This document shows, one piece after another, positions 35,663 through 43,919 of a stretch of 49,283 nt of DNA (the first letter of the stretch is position 1; the number at the start of each line of letters is the position of its first letter). This DNA comes from Clostridiales bacterium UBA6468 (lineage in GTDB: Bacteria > Bacillota > Clostridia > Oscillospirales > Oscillospiraceae), in NCBI GenBank assembly GCA_002436765.1, contig DJNI01000032.1:4546-53828 (forward strand). Direction: 5' to 3'. Under the pieces are notes generated by a model. The model saw only the letters and a list, made by a program, of their open reading frames with translations, was not told the origin of the DNA and made no database searches. The position numbers and the translations under genes were made by a program.

Positions 35663-36690
35663 TATCTTGCCACAAAGCCCACTTTCTTGTAGACCTTCCG
35701 CAGAGTCTTCTCGGCAACATAGCCTGCCTTCTCGGCGCCGGCCTTGTAGACGCTTTCCAGGTAGCCCTTGTCCTTCATCAGGCGGGTCGCTTCCTCCCGG
35801 ATGGGGCGCAGGGTCTCCACCACCGCCTCGCCCACGGCGGGCTTGAATTTGCCGTAGCCGCAGCCCGCGAACTCCGTCTCGATCTGATCAAACGTCTTGC
35901 CGGTGACGGCGGAGTAAATGGCCATCAGGTTGGCCACGCCCGGCTTATTCTCCCGGTCAAAGCGGACGCAGTTCTCCGTGTCGGAGTCGGTGATGGCACG
36001 CTTGAACTGGCGCATAATGGTCTCGGGGGTGTCCATCAGCAGGATACGGCCGGTGTCCTCATTCTCGGACTTGGACATCTTGGCGGTGGGATTGGTCAGG
36101 CTCATGATCCGCGCACCGACCTTGGGGACGAAGGGTTCCGGCAGCTTGAACACGTCGCCGTAAATGCCGTTGAACCGGCGGGCGATGGTGTGGCACAGCT
36201 CCACGTGCTGCTTCTGATCCTCGCCCACGGGCACCAGATCGGGCTGGTACAGCAGGATGTCCGCCGCCATCAGAGCGGGATAGGTGAACAGGCCGCCGTT
36301 GATGTTGTCCGCGTTCTTGGCGGACTTGTCCTTGAACTGGGTCATGCGGCTCAGCTCGCCGAACATGACGTAGCAGTCCAGCACCCAGCCCAGCTCCGCA
36401 TGCTGGTGGACATGGCTCTGGATGAACAGGGTGTTCTTTTCCGGGTCAAGGCCGCAGGCGATGTATTGCGCCAGCTGCTCCAGCGTCCGCCTGCGCAGAT
36501 CCGCGGGATTCTGGCGCACGGTAATGGCGTGAAGGTCAGCCATGAAATAGAAGCAGTCATAGTCGTTGGCGCGTTCCGCCCAATTTTTTACAGCGCCTAA
36601 GTAAGAACCCAGGGTCAGATCTCCGGAGGGCTTGATGCCGGAGAGCATTCTCTTTTTCGGTGCAGCAGTTTCGGTAATAACCTCGCTCAT
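35662..36690 (-). CDS. trpS: Tryptophan--tRNA ligase
   Basis: SGIKPSG.LTLGSYLG, ADLHAIT, YPALMAADIL, VPVGEDQKQH, KMSKS. Confidence 0.97.
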   Translation of the reverse strand: MSEVITETAAPKKRMLSGIKPSGDLTLGSYLGAVKNWAERANDYDCFYFMADLHAITVRQNPADLRRRTLEQLAQYIACGLDPEKNTLFIQSHVHQHAELGWVLDCYVMFGELSRMTQFKDKSAKNADNINGGLFTYPALMAADILLYQPDLVPVGEDQKQHVELCHTIARRFNGIYGDVFKLPEPFVPKVGARIMSLTNPTAKMSKSENEDTGRILLMDTPETIMRQFKRAITDSDTENCVRFDRENKPGVANLMAIYSAVTGKTFDQIETEFAGCGYGKFKPAVGEAVVETLRPIREEATRLMKDKGYLESVYKAGAEKAGYVAEKTLRKVYKKVGFVAR

Positions 36691-36792
36691 GGTCGTCACA
36701 TTCCTTTTTTCAAATCTATAGCGCTATTCTAGCACAGCCCGGGAGGTTCCGCAAGGGGGTATTTTACGGCAAAGGAAAGCAATTGTGTCCAC

Positions 36793-36821
36793 TTGATTTC
36801 TCCCCTGCCCTATGCTATACT
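36793..36821 (+). promoter_or_regulatory. SigA promoter of gltX
   Basis: TTGATT-17 nt-TATACT with TG extended -10. Confidence 0.65.
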
Positions 36822-36837
36822 TTGTCCTAGAAAGCAA

Positions 36838-37000
36838 GGGAAGCTCTGATGAAATCGGCGAGAGCTGGCGGCCGAAGATTTTGGCTCAGCCGAAAGTTCT
36901 GGAAGCGGAGGAATACTGTATGTATTTCCCGCTTTCAGAACTGCACGGATGGGGCAAAAGATTCGCCGCCCAGCCGAAGACGATTTCACCAGAGTTTCCC
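36838..37000. mobile_element. 163-bp palindromic MITE-like element in the gltX leader
   Basis: Termini GGGAAGCTCTGATGAAATCG / CGATTTCACCAGAGTTTCCC (18/20 inverted match). Nested inverted repeats fold the whole element into one rod. Confidence 0.65.
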
Positions 37001-37021
37001 AAGAAAAAGAGGTAGTTAGTT

Positions 37022-38665
37022 ATGGATTATCAGGCGCTTGCCGAATTGCTTTTTCCCGACGTGACCGAAACTCCTGAGCATCTGGAAGTCCGGTTTCCCC
37101 CCCGCGAGCTTCCTGAGGGTGCGGTGGTCTCCCGGATGGCTCCCTCCCCTACCGGATTTGTCCATCTGGGCAATCTGGTGCAGGGTACGATTTCGGAACG
37201 GATGAGTCACCAGTCCGGCGGCGTGCTGTACCTCCGGGTGGAGGATACCGACGCCAAGCGGGAGATTCCCGGCGCTGTCGAAGTACTCATCAACACCCTG
37301 AAATTCTACAACATCCGCTTTGACGAAGGCGCAACCGTGGACGGCGACGACGGCGCTTACGGCCCTTATCGTCAGCGTCAGAGAGCCGCGATCTACCATG
37401 TTTACGCCAAGAAGCTGGTGTCCGAGGGCAAGGCCTACCCCTGCTTCTGCACGGAGGATGAGCTGTCCGCCCTCCGGGAAAAGCAGGAAGCGAACAAGGA
37501 GACCACCGGCTACTACGGCAAATACGCCGTCTGGCGCGACCGCCCCATGGAGGACATTCAGGCGCAGCTGGCCGCCGGGAATCCCTGGGTGCTGCGGTTC
37601 CGCTCCGAGGGCAGCATTGACCGCCAGTTCAAGTTTGACGATCTGGTGAAGGGCAAGCTGACCATCACGGAGAACAACGTCGATCACGTGCTTCTCAAGT
37701 CCGACGGCATCCCCACCTACCACTTTGCCCACGCCGTGGACGATCACCTCATGCGCACCACCCATGTCGTCCGGGGCGACGAATGGCTGCCCAGCCTGCC
37801 CTTCCACATTCAGCTGTTTCAGGCGCTGGGCTTCAGGCTGCCAAAGTACGTCCACATTGGACCTTTGATGAAGATGGACGGCAACTCCAAGCGGAAGCTG
37901 TCCAAGCGCAAGGATCCCGAGCTGGCGCTGACCTACTACAAGGCCGAGGGCTTCCCCATCCCCTCCGTGCGGGAATATATCATGACCGTGCTGAACTCCA
38001 ATTTCGAGGACTGGCGGCGGGCAAACCCCGACGCGGACATGGAATCCTTCAAGTTCAGCCCCAAGAAGCTGAACCCCGCCGGGAGCCTGTTCGACTATGC
38101 CAAGCTGGTGGACGTGTCGAAAAACGTCATTTCCCGCATGACCGCGGAGGACGTGTACGCCCAGCTGCTGGATTGGGCAAAGGAGTTCGATACCGACTTT
38201 GCCGCCAAGCTGGAGGCAGACCCCGACTACGCGAAGAAAATCCTCGCCATCGGCCGGGGCGGTAAGAAGCCGAGAAAAGACCTTGCCGTCTGGAAGGACG
38301 CCAAGCCCTACATGGGATTCTTCTACGACGAATATCTGGAAGCGCCCGTCTGGGACGAGAAATTCTCCAAGACCGTCATCCGGGATGTGCTGGAGCGTTT
38401 CCTGCGTGTTTACGATTTTGCCGACGATTCCGCCGCGTGGTTTGCCAAGGTCAAGGAGATCACCGAGGCCATCGGCTTCACCACGGACATGAAGGCCTAC
38501 AAGGCAGACCCCGCCGCCTTCCCCGGCACCGTGGCCGACGTTTCCACCTTCCTGCGGCAGGCCGTCACCGGAAAGACCGACAGCCCCGACCTGTATACCA
38601 TCATGCAGATCCTGGGCTACGACCGTACCGCGGCGCGTATCCGCGACTGCATTTCCCGGCTTTGA
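37022..38665 (+). CDS. gltX: Glutamate--tRNA ligase
   Basis: RMAPSPTGFVHLGN, LRVEDTD, YGPYRQ, PTYHFAHAVDDHLM, RGDEWL, KLSKR. Confidence 0.93.
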   Translation: MDYQALAELLFPDVTETPEHLEVRFPPRELPEGAVVSRMAPSPTGFVHLGNLVQGTISERMSHQSGGVLYLRVEDTDAKREIPGAVEVLINTLKFYNIRFDEGATVDGDDGAYGPYRQRQRAAIYHVYAKKLVSEGKAYPCFCTEDELSALREKQEANKETTGYYGKYAVWRDRPMEDIQAQLAAGNPWVLRFRSEGSIDRQFKFDDLVKGKLTITENNVDHVLLKSDGIPTYHFAHAVDDHLMRTTHVVRGDEWLPSLPFHIQLFQALGFRLPKYVHIGPLMKMDGNSKRKLSKRKDPELALTYYKAEGFPIPSVREYIMTVLNSNFEDWRRANPDADMESFKFSPKKLNPAGSLFDYAKLVDVSKNVISRMTAEDVYAQLLDWAKEFDTDFAAKLEADPDYAKKILAIGRGGKKPRKDLAVWKDAKPYMGFFYDEYLEAPVWDEKFSKTVIRDVLERFLRVYDFADDSAAWFAKVKEITEAIGFTTDMKAYKADPAAFPGTVADVSTFLRQAVTGKTDSPDLYTIMQILGYDRTAARIRDCISRL

Positions 38666-38708
38666 TGATCAAAACCGCCCGGCGTCAAATCGACGCCGGG
38701 CAGTCATT

Positions 38709-39365
38709 TTATACCAGCAGCTGGCCGTTGATCACCAGATGGAACGTCAGTCCCAGCGCCTGCGCCGCCTTCTGGCACAGAAGCATCCGCTTCATGAAAA
38801 TTTCCAGATACTCCATCACGGAACCAAGCTCCGTATCCACCGACAGGATCAGGCGGATGCTGGTGCGCTGCTCGTCAAATTCCAGGTGGCAGTCCGTCAC
38901 GGAGTAGTTCACCCGGTCGTGGATGTCCAGCGCCACGGTGGCCTTGTCCCGCACTCTGGAGCGGCGGACGTCGGATTTGTCCGCCAGGATCAGCGCCGCC
39001 GCAAATGCGCTCACCGGCTGACCGGTGCCCTCGTCGTGGTTGCCGATGGCCGTGACGATGGCGGCGATCTCCTCCGGCGGAAAATTCATTCTGTCCAGGA
39101 TCCGGAACGCCATCACCGCGCCGCTCTGGCTGTGATCCACCCGGTTCACCACATTGCCGATGTCGTGGAGATATCCGGCAATTTTTACCAGCTCCACGGT
39201 TCTTTCCGGGTAGCCCAGTGTTTCCAGGATCCAGCCTGCCGTCTGGGCGACCCGGGTCACGTGCTGGAAGCTGTGCTCCGTAAAGCCAAGGGCTTTCAGC
39301 GACGCGTCCGCCTGGTCGATGTACACCCTGACCGCTTCATCCTGCTTGATTTGTTCGTAAGTCAT
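38709..39365 (-). CDS. HD-domain phosphohydrolase
   Basis: TEHS..H, GYLHDIGN, H..SGA, GNHDE, ADKSD. Confidence 0.88.
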   Translation of the reverse strand: MTYEQIKQDEAVRVYIDQADASLKALGFTEHSFQHVTRVAQTAGWILETLGYPERTVELVKIAGYLHDIGNVVNRVDHSQSGAVMAFRILDRMNFPPEEIAAIVTAIGNHDEGTGQPVSAFAAALILADKSDVRRSRVRDKATVALDIHDRVNYSVTDCHLEFDEQRTSIRLILSVDTELGSVMEYLEIFMKRMLLCQKAAQALGLTFHLVINGQLLV

Positions 39366-39528
39366 ATTTTTCCTCCTGTGGTATCCCGCCGGGATACCTT
39401 TTTCTTTATCATCTCTGTTTCCTCTTTACTTTATCCAATCCATGTAAAAATCGTTACCGCCAAATTGTAAAGCTTCCTTACAGACGCCCCTTTTTCTTTA
39501 CTTCCACCACAGACTGTGCTATACTTGA

Positions 39529-39541
39529 GGAAACGATTTCC
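39529..39541. promoter_or_regulatory. LacI/CcpA-type operator at the pullulanase start site
   Basis: GGAAACGATTTCC directly after a TGC-TATACT -10 (39520-39525). Confidence 0.5.
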
Positions 39542-39576
39542 GGTTTTTCCGGTCAAAATAAGGAGCAGACGCCGTT

Positions 39577-41883
39577 ATGTACGAAGAATATTCTTCTCAG
39601 GAATTTGAAGAAAAATACACCTATTCCGGAAATTTAGGCGCATTCTGGACGCCGGAAAAGACGACTTTCCGCCTGTGGGCGCCCACGGCCGAAGCCGTTT
39701 CCATCCGCCTGTACCGCAGCGGCGACCCGGGCGCCGACGACCTTCTTGCCCAGCTTCGGATGCAGCCGGACGTCTGCGGCACCTGGACGGCGGAGCGGGT
39801 CGGCAACCTGAACGGCATTTACTACACCTACGTCGTTACCGTGGACGGCCAGACCCGGGAGGTCTGCGACCCCTACGCCAGAACCACCGGCGTCAACGGC
39901 TGCCGTGGGATGATCCTGGACTTATCCTCCGTCAATCCCCCGCAGTGGGACGCTGACGCCGACCCCCACGCCGGGAAGTCCATCACCGACGCCGTTATTT
40001 ACGAGCTGCACGTCCGCGACCTGTCCTCCGACCCCAGCGCTCACATTGCACACAAGGGCAAATTTCTTGGCCTGACCGAAACCGGCACGAAAACCCGTGG
40101 AGGCCATCCCACCGGCCTTGACCATATCAAGGCGCTGGGCGTCACCCATGTCCACCTCCTGCCGATGTATGACTTCGGCTTCACCGACGAGAGCCAACCC
40201 CATCCCCAATACAACTGGGGCTACGACCCGGTGAATTACAACGTCCCCGAAGGCTCCTACGCCACCGACCCGTTTCACGGCGCCGTCCGGGTGGCGGAAG
40301 TGAAGCGGATGGTCAAGGCACTCCACGACAACGGTCTGAGCGTGGTCATGGACGTGGTGTACAATCATGTGTACGACGCCGGGACATTCTGCTTCAACCA
40401 GATCGTCCCCGGCTATTTCAGCCGTATTAACAGCAAAGGCGAATACTCCAACGGCTCCTCCTGCGGCAACGACACCGCCTCCGAGCGGAGCATGGTGCGC
40501 AAATACATTGTAGATTCCGTCTGCTATTGGGCGGACGAGTACCACATGGACGGCTTCCGCTTCGATATCGCCAGCCTTCTCGACACCGTGACCATCAACG
40601 AGATCATGGCCGCCGTCCACCGGAAGCACCCCAACGTGATTTTTTACGGCGAGGGCTGGGATATGAAGACCGAACTGACCAAGCCCGGTGTCCAGCTTGC
40701 GGAGCAGACCAATTCCGCTTTGGTTCCCGGCTTCGGCTTCTTCAGCGACACCATCCGGGATTTGCTGCGGGGTTCTACCTTTGATAGCACCGCGCCGGGA
40801 TTTATCGCCGGTGCAGTCGTACCCAAAGAGGCGCTGGAAGCCTGCTTCATGGGGATGCCATCCTGGGCGGCTCAGCCCGATCAGTGCGTGAATTACGCCT
40901 CCTGCCACGACAATACCACCCTCTTTGACCGCATCGCCCTCACCGCCCCAAGTGCTCCCGTCGTGACCCGGATTCGGATGAACAACCTCGCCGCCGCATT
41001 TTATATGCTGTCCCAGGGCGTCCCCTTCCTGCAAGCCGGTGAGGAAATGCTTCGCACCAAGCCCGGAAAGCACGGCGGCTTCGATGACAACAGCTACCGC
41101 TCCCCGGACAGCGTCAATTCCCTGAAATGGGCGACTCTGGACAAGCCGGAATATCAGGACGTTCTCAGCTATTACAAGGGCTTGATTGCCTTCCGGAAAG
41201 CCCACGGGGCGCTTCGCCTTTCTACGCGGGAGGAAGTTCAGTACCACGTCCACCCGGTGTACTGCGAAAATGAACACTGCGTGGCGTTCCATATCGACGA
41301 ACCGGAGGGAGAGATTTTCGCCGTCTTCAACGCCGATACCCAGCCCGTCCCCATTGCCCTGCCGGATGGGCATTGGAACGTGAACATCCGGGACGGCCGC
41401 GCCGGGACGGAAACCATGGAAACGGTGTCCGGAACGGTTCCCGCCTCCCCCATTTCCGCCATGGTGCTGACCCGCAGAAAGGCGATTGAGGTCGTAGCGG
41501 GACTGATTTGGGACAAGGATAAATTTCTGATTTGCCAGCGCCCGGAAAACAAGGCTCGGGGGCTGCTCTGGGAATTCCCCGGCGGCAAGGTGGAAGCGGG
41601 CGAAACGCTGCCTCAGGCGCTCCGGCGGGAGTGCATGGAGGAGCTGGCCGTCAAGCTGGATGTCCGCGACCAATTTATGCAGGTCGAGCACAGATACCCG
41701 GACATTTTCATCCGTCTGACGCTGTTCCACTGCGTTATTGTGGAGGGTGTCCCGCAGGCGCTGGAGCACAACGCCCTGCGCTGGATTCACCCCAGTGAGA
41801 CGAATCATTTCACCTTCTGTCCCGCCGACGCGGACATTTTGGAAGAAATTGACCGGGTATACGGCGGCAAGAAGTCGCTCTGA
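39577..41883 (+). CDS. pulA: Type I pullulanase (GH13) fused to a C-terminal MutT-like Nudix hydrolase
   Basis: YNWGYDP, DVVYNH, DGFRFD, YGEGW, CHDN; then in frame EVVAGLIW...WEFPGGKVEAGETLPQALRRECMEEL Nudix box. No signal peptide. Confidence 0.9.
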   Translation: MYEEYSSQEFEEKYTYSGNLGAFWTPEKTTFRLWAPTAEAVSIRLYRSGDPGADDLLAQLRMQPDVCGTWTAERVGNLNGIYYTYVVTVDGQTREVCDPYARTTGVNGCRGMILDLSSVNPPQWDADADPHAGKSITDAVIYELHVRDLSSDPSAHIAHKGKFLGLTETGTKTRGGHPTGLDHIKALGVTHVHLLPMYDFGFTDESQPHPQYNWGYDPVNYNVPEGSYATDPFHGAVRVAEVKRMVKALHDNGLSVVMDVVYNHVYDAGTFCFNQIVPGYFSRINSKGEYSNGSSCGNDTASERSMVRKYIVDSVCYWADEYHMDGFRFDIASLLDTVTINEIMAAVHRKHPNVIFYGEGWDMKTELTKPGVQLAEQTNSALVPGFGFFSDTIRDLLRGSTFDSTAPGFIAGAVVPKEALEACFMGMPSWAAQPDQCVNYASCHDNTTLFDRIALTAPSAPVVTRIRMNNLAAAFYMLSQGVPFLQAGEEMLRTKPGKHGGFDDNSYRSPDSVNSLKWATLDKPEYQDVLSYYKGLIAFRKAHGALRLSTREEVQYHVHPVYCENEHCVAFHIDEPEGEIFAVFNADTQPVPIALPDGHWNVNIRDGRAGTETMETVSGTVPASPISAMVLTRRKAIEVVAGLIWDKDKFLICQRPENKARGLLWEFPGGKVEAGETLPQALRRECMEELAVKLDVRDQFMQVEHRYPDIFIRLTLFHCVIVEGVPQALEHNALRWIHPSETNHFTFCPADADILEEIDRVYGGKKSL

Positions 41884-41925
41884 GAAAGCACCGTCAGCAA
41901 TTCTGCCAAACCGGCGAACCGATTC

Positions 41926-41954
41926 TTGACATTTGACAGCATTTTTACTATAAT
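41926..41954 (+). promoter_or_regulatory. SigA promoter
   Basis: Perfect TTGACA-17 nt-TATAAT. Confidence 0.8.
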
Positions 41955-41996
41955 ACGGATAGGAGAAGCCACTGCATTCTCCGAAGGAGGTTCTTT

Positions 41997-42608
41997 ATGG
42001 AAAAGAAAATCATCACCATCAGCCGAGAGTTTGGTTCCGGCGGACGCACCGTCGGCCACAAGGTCGCCGAGCGGCTGGGCATTCCCTTCTATGACAAGGA
42101 GCTGGTCAATCAGGTCGCTCTGGAGTCCGGCTTCGCCCCAAAATTCGTGGAGGAGCATGGTGAACAATCCCCCAGCACCAGCCTGTTTTCCTACGCTTTC
42201 GCCCCCCAGGGCGTTCCCGGCGTGATGAATGGCCTGTCCACAGCCGATTTTCTGTGGAATATCCAGTGCAGCGTCATTCTTCAGCTGGCGGAGAAGGGCG
42301 CCTGCGTCATTGTCGGCCGGAACGCGGACTATATTCTGAAGGATCGTCATGACGCTCTGCACACCTTTATTTTCGCGGACATGGCCTTCCGCGCCGACCG
42401 CATTGTCCATCTGTATGGCGAGTCCGACAAGAGCCCGGAAGCGCGGCTGAATGAGAAGGATAAGCGCCGCCGCGTAAACTATCAGCACTACACCGGCCGC
42501 ACTTGGGGTCAGTCCCAGAATTACCACATCTGCCTGAATTCCGGCGTCCTCGGCATTGACCAGTGCGTCGATATCATCGTCGGCGCTATGGAAAATTCCA
42601 AAAAGTAA
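41997..42608 (+). CDS. Cytidylate kinase-like family protein
   Basis: IITISREFGSGG, FYDKEL, CVIVGRNADYIL, DKRR..Y. Confidence 0.88.
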   Translation: MEKKIITISREFGSGGRTVGHKVAERLGIPFYDKELVNQVALESGFAPKFVEEHGEQSPSTSLFSYAFAPQGVPGVMNGLSTADFLWNIQCSVILQLAEKGACVIVGRNADYILKDRHDALHTFIFADMAFRADRIVHLYGESDKSPEARLNEKDKRRRVNYQHYTGRTWGQSQNYHICLNSGVLGIDQCVDIIVGAMENSKK

Positions 42609-42656
42609 GCTACATAGGTTTGCCCTGCACCTTCCGGTGCAGGGCTAATTTTTCGC

Positions 42657-43814
42657 TCAGACAGCGGCCGTTTCCTTTTCGGGGTCGCTGATGTTGATGT
42701 TGACGCCGTTGACCTCCACGTTCTCGTCGGCGGAAATCAGAATGTACTTCGCGCCGCCGATGACGCGGGTCTCGATCAGGTCGCTCCGGGCGGGGTCAAC
42801 CTTGATGACCACATCCGGGGTCTTCACCTCAAAATGCTTGTTGTCGATGATATTCTTGGGGTGCAGGTCGGCCTCGAAGCCGAAGGTCTCGTCGTAGTCC
42901 ACGCTGAATTTTGCCAGATGCTCCTGGGAAACGCCGCAGGAGGTCAGCACCTCCTTCACGTCCTCCTTGGAGATCATCAGCGGCTCCGGCACCTTGCTTT
43001 CCTTGTGCAGCTCGATGCGCTGGCACAGCTGGTCGTGGACGGTCTGCACCACGTCCAGACTGCAATCATCCCCCAGCGACGTGGTGAGCAGCGCCTCGAA
43101 GGACTTCTTCTGCTCGGCGGCGGGCTGTGGCACCGGGGTGTTGAACACCGCCTCAATCAGCGCGTCCTGAGACGCCGTGATGTCGTGGGTGTAGTACAGG
43201 GCGTTGTAAATGTTGGTCGCCCGGTCGTCAAAGGCCGGGAACAGGAAACCCAGCGCGGGGGCGGAGACCATCTGGTTCATCGCGCCGTCGTGGAACAGCT
43301 TTTCCTCCGGAACGTAGTGAAGATTCGCTTTGGTCTGCTTGACGGGGCAGATGGCGCAGAGGATGAAGGTGTAGGTCTCGTCGGAATTGTCCGCCTGAGA
43401 ATCGCCGTCCTTGCTCTTGAAGGGAATGTCGTAGCTATCGCAGCACAACAGAATCAGGTAGTTGCCCTCGATGGTGACGGTGTCGATGATCTTCTGGCAG
43501 AATTCCCGGCGAAGTGCGTCGTCCGCCAGCTTGGTTTCCCGCAAGTCCATGAGCACTTTATGCTCCGGGGAGCCTGCCACCTGACTTGTCTTGAAGGTGA
43601 TGTCAATGAGATTCTTGCCGATGGCGCCGGAAAGGGAGCGGCGCAGAAGGGCAAAATATTTGTCGGATTCATTTTCCGGCATGATGCCGGTACTCTGGCG
43701 GAACTCGGAGATGACTTCCTTGTTGTCGTTCACATAGCAGCCGTAAATGGCCGTGATATTGCTGCGATCCCGCCGCAGATGCCGCCGGATCTCGCCGATT
43801 TCCTTATCGTTCAT
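42657..43814 (-). CDS. DUF4317 family protein
   Basis: MNDKEIGEIRR..IYGCYV, YDIPFKSKDG, ILCAICPV, GFLFPAFDDRATNI, VEVNGVNI. Confidence 0.82.
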   Translation of the reverse strand: MNDKEIGEIRRHLRRDRSNITAIYGCYVNDNKEVISEFRQSTGIMPENESDKYFALLRRSLSGAIGKNLIDITFKTSQVAGSPEHKVLMDLRETKLADDALRREFCQKIIDTVTIEGNYLILLCCDSYDIPFKSKDGDSQADNSDETYTFILCAICPVKQTKANLHYVPEEKLFHDGAMNQMVSAPALGFLFPAFDDRATNIYNALYYTHDITASQDALIEAVFNTPVPQPAAEQKKSFEALLTTSLGDDCSLDVVQTVHDQLCQRIELHKESKVPEPLMISKEDVKEVLTSCGVSQEHLAKFSVDYDETFGFEADLHPKNIIDNKHFEVKTPDVVIKVDPARSDLIETRVIGGAKYILISADENVEVNGVNINISDPEKETAAV

Positions 43815-43919
43815 GGTTTTCCCTCGCTTGTATGTTGAAATGCGCGGACATTATATCACAGGTCAGCGGAAAAATCCAGTCAAAATCGAAGGCGGGCGTA
43901 AACGCCCGCCTTCGTCATG

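Noticed and set aside
36846..36945. CTGATGA ... GAAA looks like a hammerhead ribozyme core
   Set aside because: Stem II lacks its closing pair, the cleavage-site base would be G (breaking the NUH rule), no stem I forms, and CTGATGA is part of the terminal inverted repeat.
36700..37021. T-box riboswitch ahead of trpS or gltX
   Set aside because: No GGTGGNACC antiterminator motif or leader terminator on either strand, and the trpS leader is only tens of nt.
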